Shown: positions 9,896 to 20,601, numbered from the stretch's first letter. The stretch is 64,000 nt of DNA from Candidatus Poribacteria bacterium (GCA_046582655.1 JAYGDX010000110.1:1-64000); one strand, 5' to 3'. Numbers and translations: made by a program. The notes: generated by a model from the letters alone, not told the origin.

Positions 9896-11182
9896 ATGAA
9901 AATCGCTTATATTGCGGCTGGGGCGGCAGGTATGTACTGTGGTACTTGTATACACGACAATACACTGGTGGCAATTATACAAAAAAAGGGACATGACATC
10001 GCTTTAATTCCAACTTATACACCTCTCCGGACCGACGAAGAGAATGTTAGTCTCAACCGCGTATTTTATGGAGGGGTTAACGTCTACTTGCAACAAAAAT
10101 TAGCACTTTTTCGTTATACACCATGGTTTCTGGATAGATTTTTGGATAGCACAGCTCTGTTAAATAGCTTATCTCGATTCAGTTCGTCTACTAATGCTAA
10201 AGATCTAGGAACGCTAACTATTTCAATGTTGGAAGGGGAGGAAGGACATCAAAAGAAAGAGCTCCGAAAACTTATTAAGTGGTTGAAAGATGAATATAAA
10301 CCCGATATTGTTCAATTGACCAACTCCATGTTCGTGGGATTAGCACGTGAAATTAAAAAAGCGCTTGGGGTACCAGTTTTATGTGCTTTACAAGGAGAGG
10401 ACATATTTTTGGATGATCTGGTTGAACCTTATAGAACTCGAGCTATGGAAATTTTACGTAAACGTTCGTTAGACGTCGATGGTTTTATTGCTCCTTGCCA
10501 ATATTATGCTAGCATGATGGCAGGATACTTAAACGTTACAAGGGAGAAGATCTCCGTTGTGCCACTAGGGATAAACCTATCCGGACATGGGATTCATCAA
10601 CAAAATGTAGATGATGAACCGTTTGTTATTGGATATTTGGCAAGGATTTGTCCTGAAAAAGGGTTACACATCCTTGTCGATGCATTTCACCAATTGGCTC
10701 AGCGACTTGGGGTGGATAAAATCAGATTGAAGGTCGCCGGTTATCTGGGAGGAAGAGATAAATCATATTTCGAAGAGATCGAACGACAAATCAATGTTTG
10801 GGGGCTATCGGCTTCCTTTGAGCATTGGGGAGAAGTCAACAGAGAACAGAAAATTAGGTTCCTAAACAGTATTCATGTTTTGTCTGTTCCAACAATTTAC
10901 AAAGAATCGAAAGGACTTTTTGTTTTGGAAGCCTTGGCTAACGGCATACCAGTTGTCCAGCCACGACATGGCTCATTTCCTGAATTCATAGAGGCAACTA
11001 GCGGTGGCATACTGACTGACCCGGAATCTCCTGATGCAATCGCATCAGCCATATTGCGTTTGATTGACGAACCGGAGTATCGCAAGCAACTTGGTCAGCA
11101 AGGCCAAGAAATTGTTCACAACCAGTTCAGTGATGAAGTGATGGCTGAAGCAACGTTGGCTGTTTATCAAAAATATATTTAA
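9896..11182 (+). CDS. Glycosyltransferase family 4 (GT-B) protein
   Basis: GYLARICPEKG, ESKGLFVLEALANGIPVV; atypical N-terminal AGAAGMYCGTC. Confidence 0.88.
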   Translation: MKIAYIAAGAAGMYCGTCIHDNTLVAIIQKKGHDIALIPTYTPLRTDEENVSLNRVFYGGVNVYLQQKLALFRYTPWFLDRFLDSTALLNSLSRFSSSTNAKDLGTLTISMLEGEEGHQKKELRKLIKWLKDEYKPDIVQLTNSMFVGLAREIKKALGVPVLCALQGEDIFLDDLVEPYRTRAMEILRKRSLDVDGFIAPCQYYASMMAGYLNVTREKISVVPLGINLSGHGIHQQNVDDEPFVIGYLARICPEKGLHILVDAFHQLAQRLGVDKIRLKVAGYLGGRDKSYFEEIERQINVWGLSASFEHWGEVNREQKIRFLNSIHVLSVPTIYKESKGLFVLEALANGIPVVQPRHGSFPEFIEATSGGILTDPESPDAIASAILRLIDEPEYRKQLGQQGQEIVHNQFSDEVMAEATLAVYQKYI

Positions 11183-11205
11183 AAAAACTAAAAAGGAATA
11201 TTAAA

Positions 11206-11670
11206 ATGCGATGGTTAATCTTTGCACTTATGACCGTAGTGTCATGGGGGCTATATGGAGTGTTTTTACATAAAGGTCAGGGATTAATGGCAGACCCAGC
11301 ACTTGGACGTTATAAAGCCTTTTTCTTCGTGGGTATCGCTTATTTATTAACAGCGGTCATTGGATCCGGAATTATGCTGATGGTTAGTGGTGCCGAATGG
11401 ACCTTTCCTGCCAGCGGAATGTTTTGGTCTGTTTTAGCGGGACTTGTCGGTGCTATTGGTGCATTTTGTGTGCTATTGGCATTTGGGGCTCAGGGTACTC
11501 CTGCAGTTGTAATGTCTATTGTATTTGCAGGAGCTCCAATTATGAATGCTATTGTCGCGATAGCACTGCATCCTCCAGTAGGTGGTTTAAGTGCTTTACG
11601 TTGGCCATTCATGCTGGGCATTATACTGGCCGCTGTTGGAGGTTTTTTAGTTTCACTTTATAAACCCTAG
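11206..11670 (+). CDS. Small multi-TM membrane protein (EamA/DMT half-like), function unknown
   Basis: 154 aa with about 5 hydrophobic segments; SWGLYG and VMSIVFAGAP; AAGGA RBS. Confidence 0.65.
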   Translation: MRWLIFALMTVVSWGLYGVFLHKGQGLMADPALGRYKAFFFVGIAYLLTAVIGSGIMLMVSGAEWTFPASGMFWSVLAGLVGAIGAFCVLLAFGAQGTPAVVMSIVFAGAPIMNAIVAIALHPPVGGLSALRWPFMLGIILAAVGGFLVSLYKP

Positions 11671-11690
11671 ATACCGGCAAAGGACCTATA

Positions 11691-12119
11691 ATGCCTGATG
11701 AATACCACACCAAAAGGAAAATAGAGTTTTCAGATACTGATTTAGCTGGCATCGTGCACTTCAGCCGTTTCTTTATCTTCATGGAAACAGCTGAACACCA
11801 ATTTCTCCAGTCACTAGGAACCAGTGTTTCAACTGAGTATAAGGGGGATAAAATCGGATGGCCCCGCCTAGTGGCCTCCTGCGAGTATTTTCATCCAGCC
11901 AAGTTTGAGGATGAGCTAGACATTCATTTGACAATTTCCAGAAAAGGCAACAAATCACTGACGTATCAGTTTGGTTTTATACGGAATGGACTGCTCCTTG
12001 CGCAGGGAAAATTGTCTACAGTATGCTGCATCTGTAATCCCAACGAACAAATGAAAGCCATCCCGATTCCAAACTTCATTGCTGATCAAATTGAAGAAGT
12101 AGATGCTGCTCATGAATGA
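11691..12119 (+). CDS. Acyl-CoA thioesterase (4HBT/YbgC hotdog family)
   Basis: EFSDTDLAGIVHFSRFF..ME.AE motif; PAKFED. Confidence 0.88.
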   Translation: MPDEYHTKRKIEFSDTDLAGIVHFSRFFIFMETAEHQFLQSLGTSVSTEYKGDKIGWPRLVASCEYFHPAKFEDELDIHLTISRKGNKSLTYQFGFIRNGLLLAQGKLSTVCCICNPNEQMKAIPIPNFIADQIEEVDAAHE

Positions 12120-12795
12120 TCCAGTTTCACTTAGAATTTCAAAAGTCTACAAAAGTTTCGAACACATTCATCATACTGTAAGTGTTCTTCAAGACGTTTC
12201 GTTTGAAACAGTTCAATGCCAATCGCTGGTGATGACAGGACCATCAGGATCAGGAAAAAGTACATTGCTTCATCTGATTGGTGCGCTTGACAAACCTTCA
12301 TCCGGTGAAATTGAAATCAACGGAACCTCTCTTCTAAATTTGAGCGAGTTGGAATTGGCAAAATTTCGGAATCAAATGATAGGTTTTGTTTTTCAAGATC
12401 ATCATCTCTTGCCTCAGTATTCGGTACTGGAGAACGTTCTCATTCCCACCATGGCTTTTAAAAACATGAGCCCGAATCCCCAAAAGCGTGCCATAGATTT
12501 ACTGGAAAAAATTGGTCTGGCGGATCGCATTTCTCATCGACCTGCTGAACTGTCTGGCGGTGAACGGCAACGCGTCGCAATTGCTCGGGCACTAATTAAC
12601 CAGCCCAGTATAATTCTCTGTGATGAACCTACTGGCAACCTAGACCATGATACGGCAAACACAGTTATATCATTGTTATTTGATTTACACCAAACCGAAC
12701 AAAATATCTTGGTTGTTGTTACGCATAATCAGGATTTAGAGCATCGATTTGATCGGCGGTTTGTCTTTAAGGAGAACTCTTGCATCGAAGTTTAG
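12112..12795 (+). CDS. ABC transporter ATP-binding protein (LolD/MacB-like)
   Basis: [46 protein letters not shown]. Confidence 0.93.
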   Translation: MNDPVSLRISKVYKSFEHIHHTVSVLQDVSFETVQCQSLVMTGPSGSGKSTLLHLIGALDKPSSGEIEINGTSLLNLSELELAKFRNQMIGFVFQDHHLLPQYSVLENVLIPTMAFKNMSPNPQKRAIDLLEKIGLADRISHRPAELSGGERQRVAIARALINQPSIILCDEPTGNLDHDTANTVISLLFDLHQTEQNILVVVTHNQDLEHRFDRRFVFKENSCIEV

Positions 12796-15700
12796 CCTAT
12801 TTCTGGCAAATCAATCTGGCAGTATTACTCGGTGTGGCTATCGCAACTGCTGTACTAACCGGAGCTTTGATAGTTGGCGATTCTGTTCGTGGAAGTTTAA
12901 GGCATTTGGTTCTACATCGCCTGGGTGGAATTGATTATGCTCTTACATCTAACCGATTTTTTCGTCAGGGGTTGGCAGTTGACCTGTCAAACGAACCAAC
13001 ATTCAAACAACGGTTTCACGGAATTGCTCCAGCCATTTTTTTACGAGGAACCGCCATCGCTAAAAACACAAAATCCAGAGCATCAAAAGTTAATATTTAC
13101 GGAATCGATCATCAGTTCGTCAAATTGTGGCAACATGGTGTGTCCATGGATCCGCCACAAAATGATGTTAGTCCAGAGAACTTAGCGGTTTTCCTGACAA
13201 AGAATCCAGGTCAAATTTTTCCTTCCATTGTCATCAACGAATCGTTACGAAAAGAAGTGAATGCCGAGATTGGTGATTCTCTTCTGGTCGCTTTTGAACA
13301 GCAAAATGATATTCACCGCGAATCTTTGCTAGGTCGCCGTGACTATTCAGATGTTGTTCAACAATTTAGGCTCACCATCACAAAAATTGTTCCTGATAAT
13401 GGTATTGGAAGGTTCGGGTTACATCCACACCAGCATTTACCGATGAACGCTTTTATAGCAATGCCCGCTTTGCAAAAGGTTCTCGGTATACCACATAAAG
13501 TCAACGCGCTTCTCGTTGGTAATCGCAACTTTGATCAGAATGTTTCTGTTGATTTGCAGGGAGTATTAAGTCAAGCCTGGAAACTATCTGATTTGGGTTT
13601 AATTGTTGATCAACAGGAAAACTACTTTGCCATAGAAAGTTCCCAGTTCATTCTACCTCCAAACATTGCAACAATCGTCGAAGAACTGGCAACCGAGCAA
13701 AACCTACTTTCATTGCCGGTGATGACATACTTAGCTAACCAAATGACAATCAATGACCAAATAATTTCGTACTCTACCATCTCAGCACTTAATGTTAATC
13801 AACTAAGACATAAAGATAAAAACGGTTTGGATAGGACACCATTCGGAGAGCTGAAACTGGTCGAAGGAGAATATCCTACCTCCCTAGCGAATGATGAGAT
13901 TCTTCTTAACCAATGGGCAGCTGAGGATCTGAATTTGCTGGAGACTTCCTCAGCAACGATTGATGTTAGCTATTACATCGTTGAACCACAGGAAAAACTG
14001 GTCACACGAAACACCAAATTCCATTTAAAAGGAATTGTTTCGATGAGTGGTCTGGCAACAGATCAGCAACTTACGCCGGATTTACCTGGCATCCATGATG
14101 CGGATGATATATCTGAGTGGAATGTGCCATTTCCCATTAATTTTCGGCAGGTTCGATCTCGGGATGAAGCATATTGGGACAAATTTGGGGCTGCACCGAA
14201 AGCATTCGTTTCAGAACAGACGGGGCGACAGTTGTGGGGAAACCGGTTCGGAGAACTAACTGCTATCCGAATTGCAAGTTCAGACAGAACAAAAGTTAAT
14301 GAAATAAGCACAACATTCCAAAATCAGCTTTTAACGCGTATCAGACCTGAACAAGTCGGGTTAGTATTTCAACCTGTGAAAGCCAAAGGATTGGAAGCAT
14401 CTTCAGGTACAACAGATTTCAGCATGCTATTCATCGGATTCAGTTTGTTCCTGATTGTGTCTGCTGTACTTTTGGTTGGCCTCCTATTCAGATTGAACAT
14501 TGAACGGAGAACAAAGGAGATTGGTATTCTGCTCTCAATGGGATACACAACCAGATCCATTCGCTGGCGTTTGCTCAAGGAAGGGCTCATTCTTGCTGGG
14601 ATTGGAGGTTTGCTAGGTCTGGTTGGTGCCGTCGCGTATGCTCGGCTAATGTTAATTGGTCTTCAAACTTGGTGGTTGGAAGCGGTAGGAACATCTTTTC
14701 TTCTTCTACATACCAGCCTGCCAAATTTAGCAATCGGGTATGTTATAAGTCTTATGGTTGTTTTATCCTCGATTGCTTGGACAGTGCAGAAACTCAGTAA
14801 CGCCTCTGCCAAATCACTGGTAACTGGAACAACAGATGAGAGCCTGAAATCAAAGAACCAAACAGTCCGACCAAAAAGGATTTTTGCTTTCATTTTTCTT
14901 GTTGCAGCACTTGCTTTGATTATGTTTTCAATTCTGGCAACAACTTCACTATCAGCCAGTTTGTTCTTTGGTAGTGGAATACTGCTGCTGTTGTCAGCTC
15001 TGACTTTCTTTTCAATATGGTTGTCAAGTAGGAGATCAACATCTCTGGATCACAATACCACAATTAAGATGGGAGCTAGAAATAGCGCACGCCATCCCGA
15101 ACGGAGTATGATCTGTACGACCTTGATTGGATGTGCCTGTTTTATTATTGTGGCAGTTGGCGCCAACCGCCATTCGGAGACTCCACGCATTTCGCATTTG
15201 CAAAAAGCATCCGGAAACGGTGGATTCGCTTGGGTTGCGGAATCTGCCATACCCTTGCATCAGGATCTAAATTCTGAAACTGACAGATTTGAGTTAGGGT
15301 TTTCCGATTCTGAGTCGAAATCTTTCCGTGGCCACCACATTTATTCATGTCGTCTACTACCAGGTGAAGATACAAGTTGTCTGAACCTATATCAACCGCA
15401 AAAGCCGCGTATCTTGGGAGTCTCCAACGATTTCATCCAAAAGGGTGGATTTCAATTCCATCAACAGATCGAAAAACGGAAAAATCCTTGGGAACTACTT
15501 AATCAGAATATAGAAGAGGGAGTTGTCCCAGTTATTGGTGATTATAATTCCGTGCTATGGATACTTCACCTTGGACTAGGCAAAGATTTGATTATACAGA
15601 ACGAATCAGGGCAGGAACTAAGGCTCAGGTTTGTTGGGCTCCTCCAAAGCAGTATTTTTCAAAGTGAATTATTAATGTCAGAAACCAATTTCACCAAACA

Positions 15701-16244
15701 TTTTCCGAGTCAAAGCGGATATGGATATTTTCTGATTCAAACACCTAATTTAAATAGGAATGTCAAAAAAGTTGCCCACATTTTGGAGGAAAAATTAGGT
15801 GACTATGGGCTTGATGTAACCAACACAATCGAGAAACTAGCAAATTACAGAGCCGTTGAAAACACATATCTTTCTACTTTTCAGACACTTGGAGGGCTTG
15901 GGCTGCTTCTTGGTACGTTTGGATTAGGCATACTGTTGCTAAGAAATACAATTGAAAGACGCGGTGAATTAGCGATGCTATGTGCCGTGGGGTTTCGGCA
16001 ATCGACTTTATCGACAATGATTTTGGCCGAAAATGCATTTCTGCTGGCGGTTGGGATCTTGATTGGCACCAGTTCCGCCCTCACCGCAGTCGCACCACAC
16101 TTGATAAAGTCAGGTACAAATATACCTTGGATTTCTTTAGTTGTTACTTTAATTTTGGTATTTAGTGTTGGGATTGCAGCTAGTGCGGTCGGTGTCTGGG
16201 TAGGGTTCAAAACCCCACTTCTTGTGGCCTTAAAGGAAAAGTAA
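12780..16244 (+). CDS. Large FtsX/MacB-like ABC permease with two FtsX repeats
   Basis: TTG start 5 nt after AAGGAG; overlaps the ATPase stop. ERRTKEIGILLSMGY and ERRGELAMLCAVGF FtsX motifs; two large periplasmic domains. Confidence 0.88.
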   Translation: MHRSLAYFWQINLAVLLGVAIATAVLTGALIVGDSVRGSLRHLVLHRLGGIDYALTSNRFFRQGLAVDLSNEPTFKQRFHGIAPAIFLRGTAIAKNTKSRASKVNIYGIDHQFVKLWQHGVSMDPPQNDVSPENLAVFLTKNPGQIFPSIVINESLRKEVNAEIGDSLLVAFEQQNDIHRESLLGRRDYSDVVQQFRLTITKIVPDNGIGRFGLHPHQHLPMNAFIAMPALQKVLGIPHKVNALLVGNRNFDQNVSVDLQGVLSQAWKLSDLGLIVDQQENYFAIESSQFILPPNIATIVEELATEQNLLSLPVMTYLANQMTINDQIISYSTISALNVNQLRHKDKNGLDRTPFGELKLVEGEYPTSLANDEILLNQWAAEDLNLLETSSATIDVSYYIVEPQEKLVTRNTKFHLKGIVSMSGLATDQQLTPDLPGIHDADDISEWNVPFPINFRQVRSRDEAYWDKFGAAPKAFVSEQTGRQLWGNRFGELTAIRIASSDRTKVNEISTTFQNQLLTRIRPEQVGLVFQPVKAKGLEASSGTTDFSMLFIGFSLFLIVSAVLLVGLLFRLNIERRTKEIGILLSMGYTTRSIRWRLLKEGLILAGIGGLLGLVGAVAYARLMLIGLQTWWLEAVGTSFLLLHTSLPNLAIGYVISLMVVLSSIAWTVQKLSNASAKSLVTGTTDESLKSKNQTVRPKRIFAFIFLVAALALIMFSILATTSLSASLFFGSGILLLLSALTFFSIWLSSRRSTSLDHNTTIKMGARNSARHPERSMICTTLIGCACFIIVAVGANRHSETPRISHLQKASGNGGFAWVAESAIPLHQDLNSETDRFELGFSDSESKSFRGHHIYSCRLLPGEDTSCLNLYQPQKPRILGVSNDFIQKGGFQFHQQIEKRKNPWELLNQNIEEGVVPVIGDYNSVLWILHLGLGKDLIIQNESGQELRLRFVGLLQSSIFQSELLMSETNFTKHFPSQSGYGYFLIQTPNLNRNVKKVAHILEEKLGDYGLDVTNTIEKLANYRAVENTYLSTFQTLGGLGLLLGTFGLGILLLRNTIERRGELAMLCAVGFRQSTLSTMILAENAFLLAVGILIGTSSALTAVAPHLIKSGTNIPWISLVVTLILVFSVGIAASAVGVWVGFKTPLLVALKEK

Positions 16245-16291
16245 CTTCATGGTTAAAACCCAGGAGGAATAAATCCAACTAGGAGAATGAC

Positions 16292-17122
16292 ATGTATATA
16301 AGCATTACAACTGATGAACTAAGGGCTAAGAAACTATCCCCTATCCACTTAGAAGAAACAATTAAGGCCATTAATGAGGATGGATATGTCATTATAAAAG
16401 ATGTCATACCCCATGAACCCTTGGACATATTGAAAGAAAAAATGGGCCAAGATTCAGAAATATTAATCAAATCGGAAAAATGGGGTGGTGCTGGTCACCT
16501 GCATGGGCATCTCCAGCAAGGGCCTCCTCCTTTCGCTCCCTATGTCTTTTCCGAAATCGTTGCCAATCCGTTTATAATTCAAGTTTCCAAGGCTCTATTT
16601 GGAGAAGGTATATTCAACAGTTTTTACAATGGCAATACAAATTGTCCCGGGAGTCTGAAGCAACCATTACATATGGATGGTAAACATCTATGGCCCTGTT
16701 TAGAAGTTTCACATCCTCCTGTATCTGTTGTTATCAATATTTCTCCAATAGACACTAATGAAGAAAATGGAAGCGTTGAACTCTGGCCTAGTACACACTT
16801 GATCGGAGGCACCCCTAGACCCATGACAACAGAGATTGAAGAAGCACGTCGACAGATCATACCGCCCATACGAGGCAATGCCCGAAAAGGAAGCGTTTTA
16901 ATCCGAGATGTTCGTCTCTGGCATCGTGGTGTCCCAAACCAATCCAGCCAAATGCGGCATATGATTGCTATGATACATCATATTGGTTGGTGGAGCAGGG
17001 GCCATGCGCTTACTTTCAATCGCGGGAGTGAATCGGCTTTTTTGGCCTGTGATTTGGATCACAACGCTGTTTTCACGGATGAACCTGTTGATTACCTGTT
17101 TTTGCAAAAGAAATTTAGATAA
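16292..17122 (+). CDS. Phytanoyl-CoA dioxygenase (PhyH) family Fe(II)/2OG oxygenase
   Basis: EDGYVII, QPLHMD (HxD), ENGSVELWPSTH, LWHRG; AGGAG RBS. Confidence 0.88.
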   Translation: MYISITTDELRAKKLSPIHLEETIKAINEDGYVIIKDVIPHEPLDILKEKMGQDSEILIKSEKWGGAGHLHGHLQQGPPPFAPYVFSEIVANPFIIQVSKALFGEGIFNSFYNGNTNCPGSLKQPLHMDGKHLWPCLEVSHPPVSVVINISPIDTNEENGSVELWPSTHLIGGTPRPMTTEIEEARRQIIPPIRGNARKGSVLIRDVRLWHRGVPNQSSQMRHMIAMIHHIGWWSRGHALTFNRGSESAFLACDLDHNAVFTDEPVDYLFLQKKFR

Positions 17123-17254
17123 AAAATATCAGAACAGCCAATCAGATTTAATCATGCTTCTAGCAAATTAGAGATGAATCGCATTCAACACAACCTCCAA
17201 TCCCTAGTACTCCAATCCTGATACCCTATTGTACTTGACCCTCAATTTTTATCT

Positions 17255-17998
17255 CTAGACTATCCAATAGTCCCATAATTCTTGAGGCAGATTTTTACGA
17301 ATATCCGCATCATTTTTGTGTGACCAGCGTGAAAACAGTCCAATTCGTGGTGACTCTTGAATATTGGCTGAACCGCTGTGACTCAGCCAGCCGTGCCAAA
17401 GGATTACGTCTCCCGCCTTGGCGATAAACTCTTGTGGAAGTTTAGTTGAGTCACCCTGAAATATACCCCAGTTATGTTCATTCCATTCCGGTATTTCTCG
17501 AAATGTACCCTCAATCTGGTCAGGGAAATCGAGGAAGTAGCGGTGCGCGTCCCGGTGACTGCAGGGCCAATATACAAAAGCACCACCACCGGAGTCAACG
17601 TCATAAAGGTAGGTCGTTGCGCCAATCATCAGTACCGCTTGGCACCCTTCTCCAGGATAACCATCAAGATGCCCTGTTTCAGGCATTTGCCATCCATGTC
17701 CTTCTTGCGGCCATCGTATCAATACACCGCAACCACCACCGTTAAATTGCTCTCCACCCAATTGTTCAACAATGGATTTTACGTCCAGTAAACCACCTAA
17801 CTCCGGCGTTAGTTTTAGATTGCCAATATTTTTGCCTACAGGCCAACTATCTTTATCCTCCAAACTCCCACCAGCTTGCACCCAGAACTGTTCCCGCCAC
17901 GCTTCAACAAGAGAGGTATCAAGAAAATCTCGAAGAACCAAGTAGCCCTCCTGTTTGAAAGAGTCAATCTGATTCTCCGTAAGCTGGAACGCCCCCAT
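17255..17998 (-). CDS. PhyH family dioxygenase
   Basis: FKQEGYLVL, GHLDG, WPCSH, AGDVILWHGWLSHSG..N....R; ATG at 17998 follows GGAAGGAG. Confidence 0.88.
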   Translation of the reverse strand: MGAFQLTENQIDSFKQEGYLVLRDFLDTSLVEAWREQFWVQAGGSLEDKDSWPVGKNIGNLKLTPELGGLLDVKSIVEQLGGEQFNGGGCGVLIRWPQEGHGWQMPETGHLDGYPGEGCQAVLMIGATTYLYDVDSGGGAFVYWPCSHRDAHRYFLDFPDQIEGTFREIPEWNEHNWGIFQGDSTKLPQEFIAKAGDVILWHGWLSHSGSANIQESPRIGLFSRWSHKNDADIRKNLPQELWDYWIV

Positions 17999-18039
17999 TA
18001 AAACTCCTTCCTTCAATTAATTAAACATCATTCATTAAT

Positions 18040-18783
18040 CTAACTGCTGGCTCGCGAGAACAAAATTCCATAGAAGGCGCGGACTTCTCCATCCGAGTGA
18101 TCTCGCCAGAAATCAACCGGTATTAGAGAGTCATTGACCATAAAGGGTCGATCTCGATGCCCATAATAAATCTGAGCAGTTTTTCGTTCTTTCCGAGTTA
18201 CATGTACGGTTGCAGTATGTAGGACGGAAAAATTACACAAAAACAGCTGTTCCTGCATCTCCATACAAATTGCAGATTCCCCCTTGTTTCAACTGAGCTT
18301 CTCTATCGTCAAGGATCGGTTGCTTAACCGATTCCGGTGAAACAGAAAAACAGTGGGTTGTTTCATCGACATTAGACAAGTAAACTATCAGTTGAATATT
18401 CTTCATTCGAAGAGGGTATTCTATTAGATGCCCGCCATCTCGGTACCATCCCCAATGTTTAGGATCTCCAATATAAGCAGCCATGTGCTGAAGACCAATC
18501 TCTGAAAAGCAGATATCGTTCTTCATCAAACTGTTTAGAGGTTCCATGACTTTGGGATGCCGAATCAAGCTATCGAACTCGGGCGTGCTGACTAGAACAT
18601 CGTAATTAACTGTTTGGTGATTAGAGCAATCAAACCAAAAATCTTGTTTCTCAGCGCGATCCTGATCATAGAGATAAAGATAAAATCTAGCTCTTCGTCG
18701 GTTAGGATTCTTCCCAAGGAAAGGTATCCGTTTCGCTGAAAGAATTGATAATCCTCTTGCTTCAACTTTGTGCCTTTATCCAA
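18040..18783 (-). pseudogene. Disrupted PhyH family gene, inverted paralog of 27541-28389
   Basis: Three consecutive ORF fragments align with the intact paralog. There is a -1 T near 18684, a +1 T near 18241, WHRD changed to WYRD, and a 3' truncation. Confidence 0.85.
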
Positions 18784-19030
18784 TTAAAATTCTTTTCACG
18801 AAGCTATTATGCATGTACTAGTTTTTGCTATTTCATTAGATCGTAGCACATTTTGTACATTAGAAATAGCCTCTAAAAATCTACATATCAGGCGAATACC
18901 ACAAAAATATATGGTATGTACGTTCCACCCCAATTATCCATAGCAAAAGCCAAACTTCTAAATTATCAGGCATAAATAGTGTTATAATGTTAATGGAATA
19001 TGGACCTTGTATGCAACGTCCTGCTTTAAT

Positions 19031-19540
19031 ATGGCAAAAATAAGAATTATCAAACCCACTTCTCAAATAGAATGGCAAAAAGAATTTGACAAATTATTTG
19101 TTGAGGTTGGATGCTTTTCATGGGAAAATATGTACGACAAACAAGCACGTGAATGCTGGTGGTCATACCCAGGGAGACTAGGGCAATCACAGCCGCGAGG
19201 ACGTGGTGCTTTTGAAGACATAGTTGTTCCCGACAATATATCAACGAACCAAACTCATATCACTGCTATTATGAGATTTATAAGGCAATCAGAAAGAGTA
19301 TTAGAGGACAAGTACGTTACGGAAGATATTGTCAGTGAATGGTGTCAACTTGGTCAAGAAAACACAAATGAAAAATCAAGCTCGCAAGAAAAAGAGTCTG
19401 CCAAAAAACTAATTGAAAAATCCTATCGTTACCTAGAAAGGTTTTATAATGGTGAAGATATTATGAAGGATTCTGACGTTGCTAAGATGGTAATACATAG
19501 TACTTACTATAGATCAGTAATTGATCATATCAGCCATTAA
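19031..19540 (+). CDS. Hypothetical protein (AT-rich)
   Basis: Open 169-codon ORF from ATG 19031; no family recognised. Confidence 0.55.
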   Translation: MAKIRIIKPTSQIEWQKEFDKLFVEVGCFSWENMYDKQARECWWSYPGRLGQSQPRGRGAFEDIVVPDNISTNQTHITAIMRFIRQSERVLEDKYVTEDIVSEWCQLGQENTNEKSSSQEKESAKKLIEKSYRYLERFYNGEDIMKDSDVAKMVIHSTYYRSVIDHISH

Positions 19541-19704
19541 CTATACCAAACATTGTAGATTAAGCAGGATGAAGCAATTGAACAAACCCATATTTCATCA
19601 TTATCTCAGTTTTTATATATCACCAGTGACATATAAAAGAAAATATTTACAGTATAAAGCCTAGATCGCCTTCTCAATTATGAAGGTACCGTTTAGACTG
19701 AAAA

Positions 19705-20601
19705 ATGAATATAAAGCAATCGATTTTCAGAATAATTAGTGTGGATGACGGACGAAATATAAAGTCTCAAATCTTCGATATATTTATTTCTCTATTAATA
19801 CTATTGAGTGTCTTGGCAATAGTCCTAGAATCATTTGATCATCTTACTGAAAGATATAAAAACCAATTCCATTATTTTGAAATGTTTGCAGTGGCCATCT
19901 TTACCATTGAATATGTTTTAAGATTCTGGACCAGTGATCTATTGTATTCGGATTCTCGAAATAAAGTGCGTTCTTCCATCAAGTATTTCTTTTCATTGTC
20001 TGGGCTGATCGATTTACTGGCAACTCTTCCCTTTTATGTATCGGCAGCTGGAACAGCAATTGGTGATTTTCGGTTCCTTCGGACTGGTAGACTTCTCCGT
20101 AGTCTGCGATTATTACGAATTCTTAAGTTAAATAAATATTCGAAGTCGCTGGGCTTATTAGGCGAGATCATCATGGAAAAAAAGAGCGATTTACTGGCAG
20201 CGTTCATGTTTACTTTCGTGTTAACTGTCATTGCTGCGTCCTTAATGTATAGTGTCGAACACGAGGCCCAACCTGATAAATTCCCAAATATTATTGAAAC
20301 ATGTTGGTGGGCAGTAATCACACTGACAACTATTGGATATGGAGAAGTTACTCCGAAAACGGGTTTGGGCAAAATTGTTGGAGGATTAATTTCAGTGCTA
20401 TGTGTCGGTTTGGTAGCGTTGCCCACTGCGATTTTAAGTGCTGGTATGATCGAGAAATTACATAGAACAAGGCATGATGAAAACATGTTGGCCGAGGGGG
20501 ATAAAAATCTAGAATTGGACTCTTTGAGACAAGACATAAGTGACAAAATCGAAGCTATTGATGAAAAATTAAACGAATTAATTGAAAAAATTGAGAACTG
20601 A
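19705..20601 (+). CDS. Voltage-gated-type potassium channel / ion transporter (6TM)
   Basis: S4-like RFLRTGRLLRSLRLLRILK; pore WWAVITLTTIGYG; C-terminal coiled coil. Confidence 0.92.
   Translation: MNIKQSIFRIISVDDGRNIKSQIFDIFISLLILLSVLAIVLESFDHLTERYKNQFHYFEMFAVAIFTIEYVLRFWTSDLLYSDSRNKVRSSIKYFFSLSGLIDLLATLPFYVSAAGTAIGDFRFLRTGRLLRSLRLLRILKLNKYSKSLGLLGEIIMEKKSDLLAAFMFTFVLTVIAASLMYSVEHEAQPDKFPNIIETCWWAVITLTTIGYGEVTPKTGLGKIVGGLISVLCVGLVALPTAILSAGMIEKLHRTRHDENMLAEGDKNLELDSLRQDISDKIEAIDEKLNELIEKIEN

Noticed and set aside
17190..17240. Short CTCCAATCC repeats as a CRISPR or tandem repeat
   Set aside because: Only two degenerate 9-mers, no spacer periodicity and no cas genes.
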